Under the pieces are notes generated by a model. That model did not search any database and was not told the DNA's origin. It was given only the letters and a program-made list of their open reading frames with translations. Shown piece by piece: positions 31,032 through 43,096 of a DNA stretch of 64,000 nt. This stretch comes from an uncultured Gammaproteobacteria bacterium. GTDB taxonomy: Bacteria; Pseudomonadota; Gammaproteobacteria; Pseudomonadales; UBA5518. The first letter of the stretch is position 1, and each line of letters begins with the position of its first letter. A program made the translations under genes and the position numbers. The stretch lies in the NCBI GenBank assembly GCA_903928015.1, contig CAIYPF010000103.1:12602-76601 (forward strand), read 5' to 3'.

Positions 31032-31079
31032 CGATACGGCGCTCCTGTGCGTCCACTTGAATAGAGGAGGGCTCCGAAT

Positions 31080-32102
<1,023 letters not shown>

Positions 32103-32191
32103 CCAATACTCGGGCGAGGATTTTGTCCGGGACCGTGCTCCCTGAAATCCCACGCAAGGACCGCTTCGCCCTCATTTCCCCGGGATGGCCG

Positions 32192-34519
32192 ATGTTAAGG
32201 AAACGCATTTCCGCCCTGTTGATAGCTGCCGCAGTACTCGATGCCGGGTCGGCCCTGGCCTTGGGGCTTGGCGATATCACCATGCGCTCAGCCTTGAACG
32301 AGCCATTGAAAGCGGAAATCCGTTTGCGTGGCGCGGATGACTTGAGCGCTGATCAGGTCATTGTCCGGCTTGCTCCCTCGGCAGATTTCGATCGTTCCGG
32401 TATAGAACGCCTGTACGCGCTGAACGAAATGCACTTCGAGGTGAAGATCAATTCCAGCGGCGAAGGGGTGGTCTATCTTCGAACCGACCAGCCGGTTCGC
32501 GAGCCTTACCTCGATTTTCTGCTCGAGGTGCGCTGGCCGAACGGCCGGGTGCTCCGCGAGTACACGGTCTTGCTGGACCTTCCCACGTACACCGCCGAGC
32601 CTGCGCCTGCTGCGCGCGCTCCGGCCACCCGGGCTCGGGCCCGCCCCTCCGTGACTCCCCGTTCGGATGGTGGCGGTGCCTGGAGCGGCGGCGCGAGCTA
32701 TGACGTCCGTTCGGGCGACACCTTGTGGAGCATTGCGAACCGGACCCGCCCCTCCGGAGTGTCCGTGCAGGACATGCTCACCGCGCTCCACCGCGATAAT
32801 CCTGAGGCTTTCGTTAACGGGGATATCGATCGGCTGCGTGCCGGGGTCGTCTTGAGGGTGCCGGCGGAGCTTTCCAGTGGGTCTGGCATTGATTCGGCGT
32901 CGGAAGCGGTAGATTCTCCGGAAAAACAAAACGATACCAGTGTTTCCTCGACAGATTCGAGTTCTTCGGACGGAGCTTCAGGCAGCGACAAACCGTATCT
33001 TCGTATCGCCGGCGATCAGGCGACAGACGGTGGTGGTAGTGCCGGTGGCGAACCCGGTGCCAGCGGCGGCCCTGAGGCGTCTGCCGTTGATGTCACGACC
33101 GTTCAGGAGAGTCTCTCAGCCAAGGAGCGGGAAAACGCGGAATTGGCCTCCCGGGTCAAGGATCTGGAAGATCAGGTCAAGAACTACCAGCGAGTTGTTG
33201 ATCTGAAGAGTGATGGGATGGCGTCTGCCCAGGGCGGCGCCGCCAACGTTGCTCCTGCGCCGGCCCCGTCTCAGCCTGCTCCGCCAGCGGCGGAACCTGG
33301 CCTGCTGGATTCGATACTCGAGAACGGCCTTCTGCTGGGGGCTGCGCTGCTTGCTGCTGTTCTAGGCACCGTTGGCTTCCTTGTGGCCCGGCGCCGGCGC
33401 GAGGCGCCGAGTTATGCACCGCTTCCCTCCGCCATGCAGCGGTTCCGCTCCTCGCAGTCCAAAGACGTGGAGGTGGATCCAGCGCGTGGTCGCGAGCCCG
33501 TCGTGCCTCCCTTGATTGTCGCACCAGTCGAGGCGGTCCCCTCAGCGGCCGTCGCGGCGCCAGCGGTGGCGCCTGCCGCAGTGGTTGCACAGGTGAGCGC
33601 TCCCTCTCTTGCGCCGTCTGTGCCGGCCGATCAGCAGCCGGTAGAGACCTACGATCCGCTTGCAGAGGCGGATATGTTCGTGGCCTACGGCAGGCACGAG
33701 CGCGCCATGGAAGTACTTCGCGCCGCCCTGGTCGAGGATCCCGAGGGTTCCGAGCTGCGGCTGAAACTCATGGAGATTCTGGCCCTTCAAGGGGACCAGG
33801 CGGAGTTCCTCACCGAATACGACCGCGTCCTCGCACTGGGTAGCGACGACGACGTCCAGGTCGCTCGCACGCTGGCTGTCGAGACTGGCCATCCGCATTG
33901 GCTCTCCGAACTGGATGCCCCCGCCGGGGTTCAGCTGTCCGGTCCGGCTCTCGCGCCCGTTCTCGAGCAGCCCAAGAGCCTTCTCGAGAAAGTCGATGAC
34001 GATGCTCCTGAACTCTCGCGTCTTGATCTCGACCTTCACGCTCCCATGCCAGAACAGGATCTGCATCTTGATCTGGAGCTTGATTCCGGCAGCGAGGAAG
34101 GGCAACCGGACGAGATCCCGGAACACGATTTGGCGCTGCCCGATGCCCCACCGCCTGGCTTTGATGAGTTTGATCTTGGCGATCTGGAGCTTGCCCCCGC
34201 AATCCCCGAACCCCCCGGCGCTCTCGCCCATCCCGAGCTCGAGGCTTCTGCCGTAGCCCCGCTTGCCCTTGATGAGGTCGGCCTTGCGCCCGAGCTTGTG
34301 TCCGCAGTGCTGCCTGCAGATGCGGCCGAAGATGCCGCTGACTTCGACCTCATGCAGGGCGCGGACGAGGTCGAGACCCGGCTTGAGCTGGCGAAGGCAT
34401 TCATAGAGATGGGCGATGCCGACGGCGCCCGGGACATTCTCGACGAGGTGATGGCCGAGGGTTCCCAAAGCCAGCGCGAGGCGGCTTCTTTGCTGCTCGA
34501 TACCCTGCATCCGGGTTGA
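32192..34519 (+). CDS. fimV: FimV-like peptidoglycan-binding protein (LysM, TM, acidic/TPR-like C-terminal half, FimV C-terminal motif)
   Basis: Signal peptide, the conserved LGLGDITMRSALNEPLKAEIRL start, a LysM domain (YDVRSGDTLWSIANR...), a central TM (LLLGAALLAAVLGTVGFLVA) and a C-terminal LELAKAFIEMGDADGARDILDEV motif. Position between asd and truA matches Pseudomonas. Start trimmed to ATG 32192. Confidence 0.85.
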   Translation: MLRKRISALLIAAAVLDAGSALALGLGDITMRSALNEPLKAEIRLRGADDLSADQVIVRLAPSADFDRSGIERLYALNEMHFEVKINSSGEGVVYLRTDQPVREPYLDFLLEVRWPNGRVLREYTVLLDLPTYTAEPAPAARAPATRARARPSVTPRSDGGGAWSGGASYDVRSGDTLWSIANRTRPSGVSVQDMLTALHRDNPEAFVNGDIDRLRAGVVLRVPAELSSGSGIDSASEAVDSPEKQNDTSVSSTDSSSSDGASGSDKPYLRIAGDQATDGGGSAGGEPGASGGPEASAVDVTTVQESLSAKERENAELASRVKDLEDQVKNYQRVVDLKSDGMASAQGGAANVAPAPAPSQPAPPAAEPGLLDSILENGLLLGAALLAAVLGTVGFLVARRRREAPSYAPLPSAMQRFRSSQSKDVEVDPARGREPVVPPLIVAPVEAVPSAAVAAPAVAPAAVVAQVSAPSLAPSVPADQQPVETYDPLAEADMFVAYGRHERAMEVLRAALVEDPEGSELRLKLMEILALQGDQAEFLTEYDRVLALGSDDDVQVARTLAVETGHPHWLSELDAPAGVQLSGPALAPVLEQPKSLLEKVDDDAPELSRLDLDLHAPMPEQDLHLDLELDSGSEEGQPDEIPEHDLALPDAPPPGFDEFDLGDLELAPAIPEPPGALAHPELEASAVAPLALDEVGLAPELVSAVLPADAAEDAADFDLMQGADEVETRLELAKAFIEMGDADGARDILDEVMAEGSQSQREAASLLLDTLHPG

Positions 34520-34522
34520 TCG

Positions 34523-35347
34523 GTGCCTGTTCTTGCCGGTGCCCGGCGTATTGCGCTGTGCATCGAATATGACGGCGCCGCTTTTTCGGGATGGCAGGCA
34601 CAACGCGACCCCCACCTCGCAACTGTCCAGGAAGCACTCGAGCGGGCTCTCGCTGAGATAGCGGGAGCGCCAGTATCGACAGTGTGCGCGGGGCGAACTG
34701 ACGCTGGAGTGCATGCCAGCGCCCAGATTGTGCATTTCGATACCACTGCGGTGCGCCCGGATCGGGCTTGGGTACTCGGCAGCAACTCGCTGTTGCCACC
34801 CGGGATCTCCGTGCAATGGGCTTGCGAGGTACTCCGTGAGTTCCATGCCCGCTTTTCTGCGGTGTCAAGAAGTTACCGCTACCTGATACTGAACCGGCCG
34901 CAGCGTAGCGCGCTGCTTGCTGGCCGAAGCTGCAGGGAGCGGCAGCCTTTGGACGCGGTGCGCATGGAGAGCGCTGCGCAAGCGCTTCTGGGCGAACATG
35001 ATTTCAGCGCTTTCCGTGGGGCGGGGTGTCAATCGAATACGCCCCAGCGGCGGGTGGAGTCCATCCGTGTGCAGCGCTCTGGCGAACTCGTCTGTGTTGA
35101 TATCCGCGCGAACGCTTTCTTGCTGCACATGGTGCGGAACATCGTCGGAAGCCTTCTCAAAGTGGGCCGGGGCGAGGCGCCTCCGGAGTGGATGGGACAG
35201 CTCCTTGATGGCCGTGACCGAAGGCTTGCCGCGAGTACCGCGCCACCGCAGGGCTTGTTCCTTGTGTCCGTTGGCTATCCGCCCCAGTGGGGTTTGCCTC
35301 CTGCGCCACCGCCACCCTTTGCCGAGTCGATTCCCTGGCCCGAGTAG
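34523..35347 (+). CDS. truA: tRNA pseudouridine(38-40) synthase
   Basis: RIALCIEYDGAAFSGWQAQ and the catalytic GRTDAGVHA motif. GTG start. Confidence 0.92.
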   Translation: MPVLAGARRIALCIEYDGAAFSGWQAQRDPHLATVQEALERALAEIAGAPVSTVCAGRTDAGVHASAQIVHFDTTAVRPDRAWVLGSNSLLPPGISVQWACEVLREFHARFSAVSRSYRYLILNRPQRSALLAGRSCRERQPLDAVRMESAAQALLGEHDFSAFRGAGCQSNTPQRRVESIRVQRSGELVCVDIRANAFLLHMVRNIVGSLLKVGRGEAPPEWMGQLLDGRDRRLAASTAPPQGLFLVSVGYPPQWGLPPAPPPPFAESIPWPE

Positions 35348-35403
35348 TGCCGCGCTGGATGGCGGGCTATCATTCGGGACCAAGCGTCAGGGGCAGTCAG
35401 GTA

Positions 35404-36063
35404 ATGCGCGTCAGGGTGAAAATCTGCGGCATCACCTGCCCGTCCGATGCGGAGGTTGCCGCGCGCTCGGGAGCAGACGCCTTGGGCGTTGTTTTCTACC
35501 CGCCCAGCCCCCGCGCGGTGGACCTGTCGGCGGCGCGTGAGATCTCTGCGGCTGCTGGCCCTTTCGTCAACATCGTCGCGCTTTTCGTCAATCCCGGCGT
35601 GGCCGAGGTTGAAGAGGTCATAGCGCGTGTGAGGCCCGATCTGCTGCAATTCCACGGGGATGAGTCCCCCGCGTTCTGCGAGCAGTTCGGTGTGCCGTAC
35701 ATGAAGGCCATCCGGGTGGGAGGTGTGGCGCTGGAGTCCAACGCCCTCGCAGTGCATCCTGCGGCTCGCGGCCTGTTGCTCGATACGCTGGACGCGCAGC
35801 GTCACGGTGGCACGGGGCGGCGCTTTGATTGGTCGCTGGTGCCTGCAGACAGCGGGCGAGCGCTGGTCGTGGCGGGCGGTCTGGATCCCGCGAACGTAGA
35901 TTCGGCGATCCGAGCGATGCGGCCGTGGGCGGTAGACGTGAGCAGTGGCGTAGAGCGCATCCCCGGGCGCAAGGATCGGGCGAAGATCGAGGAATTCATG
36001 CGTGCGGTGGCACGCGCAAATGCGGCCGATGATCGGCCCAGCGCTGGAGCGGATGTCGAATGA
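35404..36063 (+). CDS. trpF: N-(5'-phosphoribosyl)anthranilate isomerase
   Basis: VKICGIT N-terminus, LQFHGDE and GGLDPANV motifs. Start trimmed to ATG 35404; the ORF-track 35287 overlaps the truA end. Confidence 0.88.
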   Translation: MRVRVKICGITCPSDAEVAARSGADALGVVFYPPSPRAVDLSAAREISAAAGPFVNIVALFVNPGVAEVEEVIARVRPDLLQFHGDESPAFCEQFGVPYMKAIRVGGVALESNALAVHPAARGLLLDTLDAQRHGGTGRRFDWSLVPADSGRALVVAGGLDPANVDSAIRAMRPWAVDVSSGVERIPGRKDRAKIEEFMRAVARANAADDRPSAGADVE

Positions 36064-36926
36064 GCTGGCTAGACAAGATCGTTCCCGCGGTCGTCCGTCG
36101 GGGTGAGCAGGTCCGCAAGGCGACCGTGCCGGAAGGGCTCTGGAGCAAGTGTCCGCGCTGCGAAGCGGTGCTCTACCGTCCCGAACTCGAGCGCAACCTC
36201 GACGTCTGCCCCAAGTGTTCCCATCACCTGCGCATGGGTGCACGGCGGCGCCTCGACACATTCCTCGACGCCGACGGTCGCAGCGAAATCTGCACCGAGG
36301 TGGAGCCGGTTGACCGGCTGCGCTTCCGGGACGTCAAGAAGTACAAGGATCGTCTCTCTGCTGCACAGAAGGCCACGGGCGAGCGCGACGCCCTGGTGGC
36401 GATGAAAGGCCGTGTCCGTGGGCTCGCGCTGCATGCGCTTGCCTTCGAGTTCGATTTCCACGGTGGCTCCATGGGCTATGCGGTTGGCGAGAAGTTCACG
36501 CGTGCCGCGTCTGCCTCGCTCGAGCAACGCATCCCGCTCGTGTGTTTCTCGGCGAGCGGCGGCGCGAGAATGCAGGAAGCGCTGATCTCGCTGATGCAAA
36601 TGGCCAAGACCAGCGCGATCATCGAGCGCATGAAGCGGGGCGGTGTGCCCTACGTCTCCGTGCTTACGGACCCGATCTACGGCGGTGTGTCGGCGAGCCT
36701 CGCGATCCTCGGGGACATCAATATTGCCGAGCCCAACGCCCGTGCCGGATTTGCCGGACCCAACATCATCGAACAGACCATCCGGCAGAAACTCCCGCCA
36801 GGCTTCCAGCGTAGCGAATTCCTTCTCGAGCACGGCGCGATAGACATGATCGTCCCGCGCGGCGAATTGCGTGACCGGATCTCCTCCCTGCTCGCCAAGC
36901 TCGGTGGCGCTCCAGAGCCCGCCTGA
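36060..36926 (+). CDS. accD: Acetyl-CoA carboxylase carboxyltransferase beta subunit
   Basis: ATGA overlap with trpF. N-terminal Zn-ribbon (CPRCEAVLY...CPKCSHH) and a carboxyltransferase domain. Confidence 0.93.
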   Translation: MSWLDKIVPAVVRRGEQVRKATVPEGLWSKCPRCEAVLYRPELERNLDVCPKCSHHLRMGARRRLDTFLDADGRSEICTEVEPVDRLRFRDVKKYKDRLSAAQKATGERDALVAMKGRVRGLALHALAFEFDFHGGSMGYAVGEKFTRAASASLEQRIPLVCFSASGGARMQEALISLMQMAKTSAIIERMKRGGVPYVSVLTDPIYGGVSASLAILGDINIAEPNARAGFAGPNIIEQTIRQKLPPGFQRSEFLLEHGAIDMIVPRGELRDRISSLLAKLGGAPEPA

Positions 36927-36948
36927 TGGCCGCAATCGGCGCCCGGCC

Positions 36949-38223
36949 GTGAGGGACACATCGCTCGCCGACTGGCTGGGAAAGCTCGAGGCGGCCCATC
37001 CCTCCCAGATTGATCTGGGGCTCGATCGGGTGCTCGCGGTTGCGAAGCGTCTCGGTCTCGACCGCTCTGCCTGTCCCGTGATCACGGTTGCCGGCACCAA
37101 CGGAAAAGGCTCCTGCGTCGCCACGTTGGAGCGCTTGCTGCTGGCCAGCGGCTGCAGTACCGGCGTCTACACATCTCCGCACCTTCGACGCTACAACGAG
37201 CGCGTAAGGCTCGATGGCACCGAGGTCGACGACGCGCGCCTGTGCGCCGCCATCGAGGCCGTCGATCGTGCGCGCGAAGGGGTTTCGCTCACGTATTTCG
37301 AGCACGGCACGCTTGCAGCGCTGCAGGTGTTTCGTGAGGCGGCCCCTGACTGGCTGCTGCTCGAGGTCGGCCTTGGCGGCCGACTCGATGCGGTCAACAT
37401 CGTCGCGCCCACCGTCGCGGTGGTCACCAGTATCGGCCTCGATCATCAGGACTGGCTCGGACCTGACCGCGAGTCCATCGGCCGGGAGAAGGCCGGCATA
37501 TTCCGCGCCGGAATCCCCGCCGTCGTCGGCGACAGGGATCCTCCGCATTCCTTGCATGAGACGGCTGCCCGACTCGGCTCATCGTGGTATGCGATCGGTG
37601 ACGCATTCGACGAGAGCACGCGCGCGTCCGGCGACTGGAGTTGGCGCGGTTGTGGCCGTGATGGTGCGAGGGTGGAGTACACCCGGCTGCCTGCGCCGCG
37701 CTTGCTGGGCAGCAACGTTGCTTGCGCCCTGCAGGCGCTGTCGCTGTGCGCTGCGCTGCCAGGTCGTGATGTCCTGGAGCGCGTCCTGCCGCATATCGAG
37801 ATCGAAGGGCGGATGCAGTCTCTGCAGCGAGGGGGCGTGGAATGCCTGCTCGACGTCGCGCACAATCCCGATGGCATGCGCGTTCTTGTGCAGCGGCTTC
37901 TGGCCGCGCCGCCAGCAGGGCGCAGCGTAGTGGTGATGGGCGCAATGAAGGACAAGGATTGTGCCGGGATCATCGCGTCGCTGGCGGCAGTGGCTGATGC
38001 ATGGTTTTTCTGTGACCTCCCCGGTGATCGCGCCGAGAGTGCCGCCCGGCTCGCCGGGTTTGTGCAAGGTGCTGCTCCGGCCACCTGCCATGCCGGGGTA
38101 AGTGAGGCGCTCGACGCTGCTTTCGCGGCAGTTGTGCCGGGAGACAGGCTACTTGTGTGTGGGTCTTTCCATGCCGTGGGTCCGGCATTGGACTGGTTTG
38201 ACGAGCATCCGGAGGGCGCGTGA
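36949..38223 (+). CDS. folC: Bifunctional folylpolyglutamate synthase / dihydrofolate synthase
   Basis: Mur-ligase P-loop VAGTNGKGS and SPHLRRYNERV. The likely GTG start at 36949 is just after accD; the ORF-track start 36871 would overlap accD by 56 nt. Confidence 0.88.
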   Translation: MRDTSLADWLGKLEAAHPSQIDLGLDRVLAVAKRLGLDRSACPVITVAGTNGKGSCVATLERLLLASGCSTGVYTSPHLRRYNERVRLDGTEVDDARLCAAIEAVDRAREGVSLTYFEHGTLAALQVFREAAPDWLLLEVGLGGRLDAVNIVAPTVAVVTSIGLDHQDWLGPDRESIGREKAGIFRAGIPAVVGDRDPPHSLHETAARLGSSWYAIGDAFDESTRASGDWSWRGCGRDGARVEYTRLPAPRLLGSNVACALQALSLCAALPGRDVLERVLPHIEIEGRMQSLQRGGVECLLDVAHNPDGMRVLVQRLLAAPPAGRSVVVMGAMKDKDCAGIIASLAAVADAWFFCDLPGDRAESAARLAGFVQGAAPATCHAGVSEALDAAFAAVVPGDRLLVCGSFHAVGPALDWFDEHPEGA

Positions 38224-38231
38224 AGGAGTCC

Positions 38232-38810
38232 ATGAAACACCGCCTCGTCGGGGCGGCTGTGCTGATCGGTCTGGGCGTCATCGCCTGGCCCGTGGTATTC
38301 GACACCACGCCGGTGCGCGAGATCAGCCAGCGCAGCCAGATCCCCGATCCGCCTGCAGAGCAGCCTTTCATCGTGGCAGAGCCACAGGCCGTCGATCTTC
38401 CGCCGGAGCCCGACAGCGATGCGCTGCGCGAGGTGCTTCCCGATCCGCCTGAAAGTGCGTTGGCGCCGGATCCCGCGCCTGTAGCTCGACCCGCGGAGCC
38501 GCGTAAAAACCTCGCGCCGCGGCCTGCGCCCGAGCCTGTACCTCCTGTGCGCAACGACTCCCACGGACTTCCCGAGCAGTGGGCACTGCAACTCGGTGTG
38601 TTTTCCGATAGAAGCAACGCCCTCGAACTGCGGGCCCGGGCCGAGAAGGCGGGATTTCATGCCCTCGTGCAGCCCGTCGGCAAGGGCGCAGCCCTCCGAT
38701 ACCGGGTGTATGCCGAGCCCAAGCTCGATCGTGCAGCGGTGCAGCGCGCAGCCGCCTCGGTACAGCAGAAGCTGGGCATAAAGGGCTATGTGACGCGGTA
38801 CTATCCCTGA
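38232..38810 (+). CDS. dedD: SPOR-domain cell-division protein DedD-like
   Basis: N-terminal TM (RLVGAAVLIGLGVIAWPV), a Pro-rich linker and a C-terminal SPOR domain (WALQLGVFSDRSNALELRARAEKAGF...YRVYAEP). AAGGAG RBS 5 nt before ATG 38232. Confidence 0.8.
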   Translation: MKHRLVGAAVLIGLGVIAWPVVFDTTPVREISQRSQIPDPPAEQPFIVAEPQAVDLPPEPDSDALREVLPDPPESALAPDPAPVARPAEPRKNLAPRPAPEPVPPVRNDSHGLPEQWALQLGVFSDRSNALELRARAEKAGFHALVQPVGKGAALRYRVYAEPKLDRAAVQRAAASVQQKLGIKGYVTRYYP

Positions 38811-38882
38811 GCGATGCGGGTGGGATAGGGCGCGTTCGCTGCGTTAGACTGCGCACCATCTTCCAGGTCCGGAAAACGCTCT

Positions 38883-39389
38883 TTGGACGCGCTCAACGCA
38901 GCCGACTGGACGATCATCACCGTCGTTGGCATATCCATGGTTATCAGCCTGCTTCGCGGCTTCGTGCGTGAAGCGATGTCGCTCGTTGGCTGGGTGATGG
39001 CGTTCATCGTGGCAATGGTGTTCGCAGACCGATTCGCCTTCCTTCTCACGGGCAGCATCCAGGACGAGACCGGGCGTTATGTCGTCGCCTTCGCCTCGCT
39101 GTTCGTGCTCACGCTGATCGCCGCCGCCTTGCTTGCGCGGCTGTTGCAGAGTCTCATCGCCTTCGTCGGGCTGGGATTTCTGGACCGGCTACTGGGGATG
39201 GGTTTCGGCTTCGCGCGTGGAGTATTCGTACTGCTGGCCGCGACCGTCATGTTGAGGCCGGTGGTACAACCGGAGCGGTTCGGCTGGTGGCAGCAGTCGG
39301 TGCTGATGCCGCACCTGCTTCTGATGGAAGGCTGGTTTCGCAGCGTCACGGGTGCGGCCGGTGGCGTTCTTTCCGGCATCGGCAACTGA
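38883..39389 (+). CDS. cvpA: Colicin V production protein CvpA
   Basis: ISLLRGFVREAMSLVGWV closely parallels E. coli CvpA (SLIRGFVREALSLVTW). TTG start. Position upstream of purF. Confidence 0.88.
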   Translation: MDALNAADWTIITVVGISMVISLLRGFVREAMSLVGWVMAFIVAMVFADRFAFLLTGSIQDETGRYVVAFASLFVLTLIAAALLARLLQSLIAFVGLGFLDRLLGMGFGFARGVFVLLAATVMLRPVVQPERFGWWQQSVLMPHLLLMEGWFRSVTGAAGGVLSGIGN

Positions 39390-39404
39390 GCGGAGGAGGT
39401 ACAG

Positions 39405-40931
39405 ATGTGCGGCATCGTCGGAATGGTCGGGCGCAGTGCGGTCAACCAGCACCTCTATGACGCTCTCACGGTGCTTCAGCACCGCGGGCAGGACGCGGCG
39501 GGTATCGTCACCTGCGACCGCGGCGTGTTTCGCCAGCGCAAGGGGAACGGGCTGGTGCGGGACGTCTTCCGCACCGAGCACATGGAGCGCCTGACAGGAA
39601 ATTACGGTATCGGCCACAACCGCTATCCCACTGCGGGAAGCGCGAGTTCGGCACTGGCGCAGCCCTTCTACGTCAACAGCCCTTACGGCATATGTCTGGG
39701 GCACAACGGAAACCTGACCAACGCGGATCAACTGCGGGAGCAGGTCTTCCAGGCAGACCTTCGTCACATCAACACCGACTCCGACAGCGAGGTTCTGCTC
39801 AACGTGCTCGCGCACGAGCTGCAGATCCTGGGCAAACTCCATCCCGACGCCGATGACTTCTTCACCGCAGTGCGCGGTCTGCACCGTCGGGCTCGTGGAG
39901 GCTACGCGGCGGTGGCGATGATCGCCGGCCACGGCATCCTTGCTTTCCGCGACCCCAACGGGATCCGGCCGCTGGTGTTCGGCGAGCGTGATGTCGATGG
40001 TGGCAAGGAGTACATGGTCGCCTCGGAGAGCGTGGCGCTGGACGTGCTCGGCTTCCGCGTGGTGCGTGATGTCGCTCCGGGTGAGGCCATCTACCTCGAT
40101 GCACGCGGCACCATTGCCACACGGCAGTGCGCCGAGTCCCCGCAGCTGCGTCCCTGCATCTTCGAGCATGTGTATTTCGCCCGCCCTGATTCGATCATGG
40201 ACGGGGTTTCCGTGTACAAGGCCCGCTTGCGCCAGGGCGAGCGGCTGGCCGACAAGATCCGGAGGCTGCGCCCGGACCACGACATCGATGTCGTCATCCC
40301 CATCCCGGATACCAGCAGGGTCTGTGCGCAGGTAATTGCCTACGAACTCGACGTGAAGTTCCGCGAAGGCCTCATGAAGAACCGCTACATCGGCCGCACC
40401 TTCATCATGCCCGGGCAGGCGATCCGCTCGAAATCCGTGCGCCAGAAGCTGAACGCCATCGAACTCGAGTTCCGCGACAAGAACGTTCTTCTGGTCGACG
40501 ATTCGATCGTCCGCGGGACCACCTGCCGCGAGATCATCCAGATGGCGCGCGATGCGGGCGCTCGGCAGGTCTATTTCGCGTCCGCGGCGCCACCCGTGCG
40601 CTATCCCAACGTGTACGGCATCGACATGCCTTCCGCCGAGGAGCTTATCGCCCACGACCGCACCGAGCAGGAGGTCTGTGAGCAGATCGGCGCTGACTGG
40701 CTGGTGTACCAGGACATCGAGGATCTGATTTCCTGTTCGCGAGACGGCAACCCCGCACTCGAGAGCTTCGATTGTTCGGTCTTCGACGGGAACTACGTGA
40801 CCGGTGACGTCGACGGCAGCTATCTCGCCCGACTGCACGACGACCGCAACGACGGCCGCAAAGCCGAGCGCGAAGCCGCAACCCGCGCGGGTGAGGTCGC
40901 ACTCGTAGGCCTCCACAACCACAATCTCTGA
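39405..40931 (+). CDS. purF: Amidophosphoribosyltransferase
   Basis: [10 protein letters not shown]-terminal nucleophile Cys and PRTase motif [24 protein letters not shown] upstream. Confidence 0.95.
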   Translation: MCGIVGMVGRSAVNQHLYDALTVLQHRGQDAAGIVTCDRGVFRQRKGNGLVRDVFRTEHMERLTGNYGIGHNRYPTAGSASSALAQPFYVNSPYGICLGHNGNLTNADQLREQVFQADLRHINTDSDSEVLLNVLAHELQILGKLHPDADDFFTAVRGLHRRARGGYAAVAMIAGHGILAFRDPNGIRPLVFGERDVDGGKEYMVASESVALDVLGFRVVRDVAPGEAIYLDARGTIATRQCAESPQLRPCIFEHVYFARPDSIMDGVSVYKARLRQGERLADKIRRLRPDHDIDVVIPIPDTSRVCAQVIAYELDVKFREGLMKNRYIGRTFIMPGQAIRSKSVRQKLNAIELEFRDKNVLLVDDSIVRGTTCREIIQMARDAGARQVYFASAAPPVRYPNVYGIDMPSAEELIAHDRTEQEVCEQIGADWLVYQDIEDLISCSRDGNPALESFDCSVFDGNYVTGDVDGSYLARLHDDRNDGRKAEREAATRAGEVALVGLHNHNL

Positions 40932-40950
40932 GCCAGGGGCCACGTTCCCG

Positions 40951-42156
40951 ATGGACGAACACGAGCGTCGAGAACATCTGCGCACCGCACGCCCCGACAC
41001 ACAGGCGGTGCGTGCGGGACAGCGGCGAGGTCCCGAAGGCGAGCACGCAGAGGCGCTGTTCCTCACGTCAAGTTATGTCTTCGGTTCGGCGGAGGAGGCC
41101 GCGTCACGCTTCGCGGGCGAGGCCTGCGGCAACGTCTATTCCCGCTACACCAACCCGACAGTGCGCAATTTCGAGGAGCGTATCGCGGCAATGGAGGGCG
41201 CCGAGCAGGCGGTCGCAACTGCGTCCGGCATGGCTGCCATGCTCACGGCCTGCATGAGCTGGCTTTCCGCGGGAGACCACATCCTCTGCTCCCGTGGCGT
41301 ATTCGGCTCCACCACGGTACTTCTCAACCGCTTCATTGCGCGCTTCGGTGTTGAGGTGAGCTATGTCGCGCCGACGGATTACGCCGGCTGGCAGGCGGCG
41401 CTGCGGCCCAACACCCGCATGCTCTTTCTCGAGACGCCTTCCAACCCCACCATCGAGATCGTCGACATCGCGCGCGTTGCCGCGATTTCCCGTGCGGCAG
41501 GCACCATTCTTGTGGTCGACAACTGCTTCCTGACGCCCGTGTTGCAGCGGCCGCTGGATCTCGGTGCTGACGTGGTAATGCACTCCGCCACCAAGTACAT
41601 AGACGGGCAGGGCAGGGTTCTCGGTGGTGTGCTCTGCGGCAGCAGCGCGCTGATCGAGCAGGCGGTGGCGTTCATGCGCTCGGCGGGGCCATCGCTCAGC
41701 CCCTTCAACGCCTGGGTGTTGCTGAAAGGCCTCGAGACACTTCGCCTGCGCATGGATGCCCACAGTGCCAGCGCGCTTGCACTCGCGCGCTGGCTGCAGG
41801 AGCAGCCCGGCGTGATCGCCGTCAACCACTGCGGACTGGAGTCCCACCCGCAGCACGCGCTCGCGCTGCAACAGCAACGCGGATTCGGTGGCGTGATGTC
41901 CTTCGAGGTCGAAGGCGGTCAGCCAGCAGCCTGGCGTTTCATAGATGCGACGCGATTGTTGTCGATCACAGCCAATCTGGGTGACGCGAAGACCACCATC
42001 GTCCACCCCTCGACCACGACGCACGGGCGACTGAGCGAAGCAGAGCGCGCTGAGCAGGGCATCCGCCCCGGCCTGCTGCGTGTGGCGGTCGGGCTTGAAG
42101 ATATCGAGGACCTTCGCGAAGACCTCGTTCGCGGCCTCGCCGCGCTGCGCGGCTGA
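40951..42156 (+). CDS. metZ: O-succinylhomoserine sulfhydrylase (Cys/Met metabolism PLP enzyme)
   Basis: Cys/Met-metabolism PLP family with HSATKYIDGQG (PLP Lys). About 400 aa. purF-metZ adjacency as in Pseudomonas. Confidence 0.85.
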   Translation: MDEHERREHLRTARPDTQAVRAGQRRGPEGEHAEALFLTSSYVFGSAEEAASRFAGEACGNVYSRYTNPTVRNFEERIAAMEGAEQAVATASGMAAMLTACMSWLSAGDHILCSRGVFGSTTVLLNRFIARFGVEVSYVAPTDYAGWQAALRPNTRMLFLETPSNPTIEIVDIARVAAISRAAGTILVVDNCFLTPVLQRPLDLGADVVMHSATKYIDGQGRVLGGVLCGSSALIEQAVAFMRSAGPSLSPFNAWVLLKGLETLRLRMDAHSASALALARWLQEQPGVIAVNHCGLESHPQHALALQQQRGFGGVMSFEVEGGQPAAWRFIDATRLLSITANLGDAKTTIVHPSTTTHGRLSEAERAEQGIRPGLLRVAVGLEDIEDLREDLVRGLAALRG

Positions 42157-42178
42157 TCATCAACCCGGGGGGCGGCAG

Positions 42179-43096
42179 GTGCAGCAGATCATCGACCGCA
42201 CAGTACGGGACGTCGGCAGCGTTCTCCTCGGCAAGGAGCGCCAGATCCGCCTCGCACTTTGCGCGCTTTTTTCGCGTGGACACCTGTTGATCGAAGACCT
42301 TCCCGGCATGGGCAAAACCACGCTTTCGCAGGCGCTTGCGCGTGCACTCGGGCTTTCGTTCGCGCGTGTCCAGTTCACCAGCGACATGCTCCCGGGCGAC
42401 ATTCTCGGCGTCTCGGTGTTCGAGCAGTCGAGCGGACGATTCAGCTTCCATCCCGGCCCGATCTTCACCGAGGTCCTGCTCGCGGACGAGATCAACCGCA
42501 GTTCCCCCAAGACCCAGAGCGCCCTGCTCGAGGCGATGGCGGAGAGACAGGTCACGGTAGAGGGAGAGACGAGGCCCTTGCCTCCGGAATTCTTCGTCAT
42601 CGCAACGCAGAACCCCATATCCCAGGCGGGAACATTTCCCCTGCCCGAGTCGCAACTCGATCGTTTCCTCATGCGCATAGAGATCGGCTATCCGGATCGG
42701 GCGGCCGAACGGGCGATGCTGTCAGGACATCTGGACGCGCGCAGCGTAGAGGCGCTGGTGCCGGGGCTCACACGTGAGGAGCTTGCGGGTATCCATGCCG
42801 CAGCCGCACGGGTCATCACCTCTGACATGCTTCTCGATTATGTTCAGCGTCTTACGGCATACACCCGGAATTCCGCGGAATTCGCGCATGGATTGTCTCC
42901 ACGCGGTGCGCTCGCCCTGGTTGCGGCAGCGCGCACGTGGGCGTTCATGGAGGGCAGGGAACATGTGGTGCCGGAGGATGTGCAAGCTGTGCTTCCTTCT
43001 GTCGCGGCGCATCGGTTGCGCGGCACCGGCGATCACTCCGCTGATGGCCGGGCTCTGGTGGAGCACCTGCTCGCGCGGGTCGACGTCTTCGGATGA
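42179..43096 (+). CDS. MoxR-family AAA+ ATPase
   Basis: Walker A LPGMGKTTL and Walker B LLADEINR, with a QNPISQAGTFPLPESQLDRF sensor region. The GTG start at 42179 gives 305 aa; the ORF-track 42080 overlaps metZ. Confidence 0.88.
   Translation: MQQIIDRTVRDVGSVLLGKERQIRLALCALFSRGHLLIEDLPGMGKTTLSQALARALGLSFARVQFTSDMLPGDILGVSVFEQSSGRFSFHPGPIFTEVLLADEINRSSPKTQSALLEAMAERQVTVEGETRPLPPEFFVIATQNPISQAGTFPLPESQLDRFLMRIEIGYPDRAAERAMLSGHLDARSVEALVPGLTREELAGIHAAAARVITSDMLLDYVQRLTAYTRNSAEFAHGLSPRGALALVAAARTWAFMEGREHVVPEDVQAVLPSVAAHRLRGTGDHSADGRALVEHLLARVDVFG

Noticed and set aside
32900-34400. Repetitive-looking stretch inside fimV as a possible tandem repeat or CRISPR-like array
   Set aside because: The repetition is at the level of amino-acid composition (Ala/Pro-rich and acidic D/E/L segments) within one continuous reading frame. 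I see no exact direct DNA repeats with unique spacers.
35404-36926. trpF followed directly by accD, with no trpB/trpA, as a possible deletion or rearrangement
   Set aside because: The truA-trpF-accD-folC order without trpBA is the normal arrangement in Pseudomonas-like gammaproteobacteria.
39189-41066. 625-aa ORF on the minus strand spanning purF and the start of metZ
   Set aside because: It lies antisense to two genes with unmistakable homology (purF, metZ). Its translation is Arg/Ala/Gly/Val-rich and low in complexity, with no recognisable motif. This is a typical stop-codon-poor shadow frame of GC-rich DNA.
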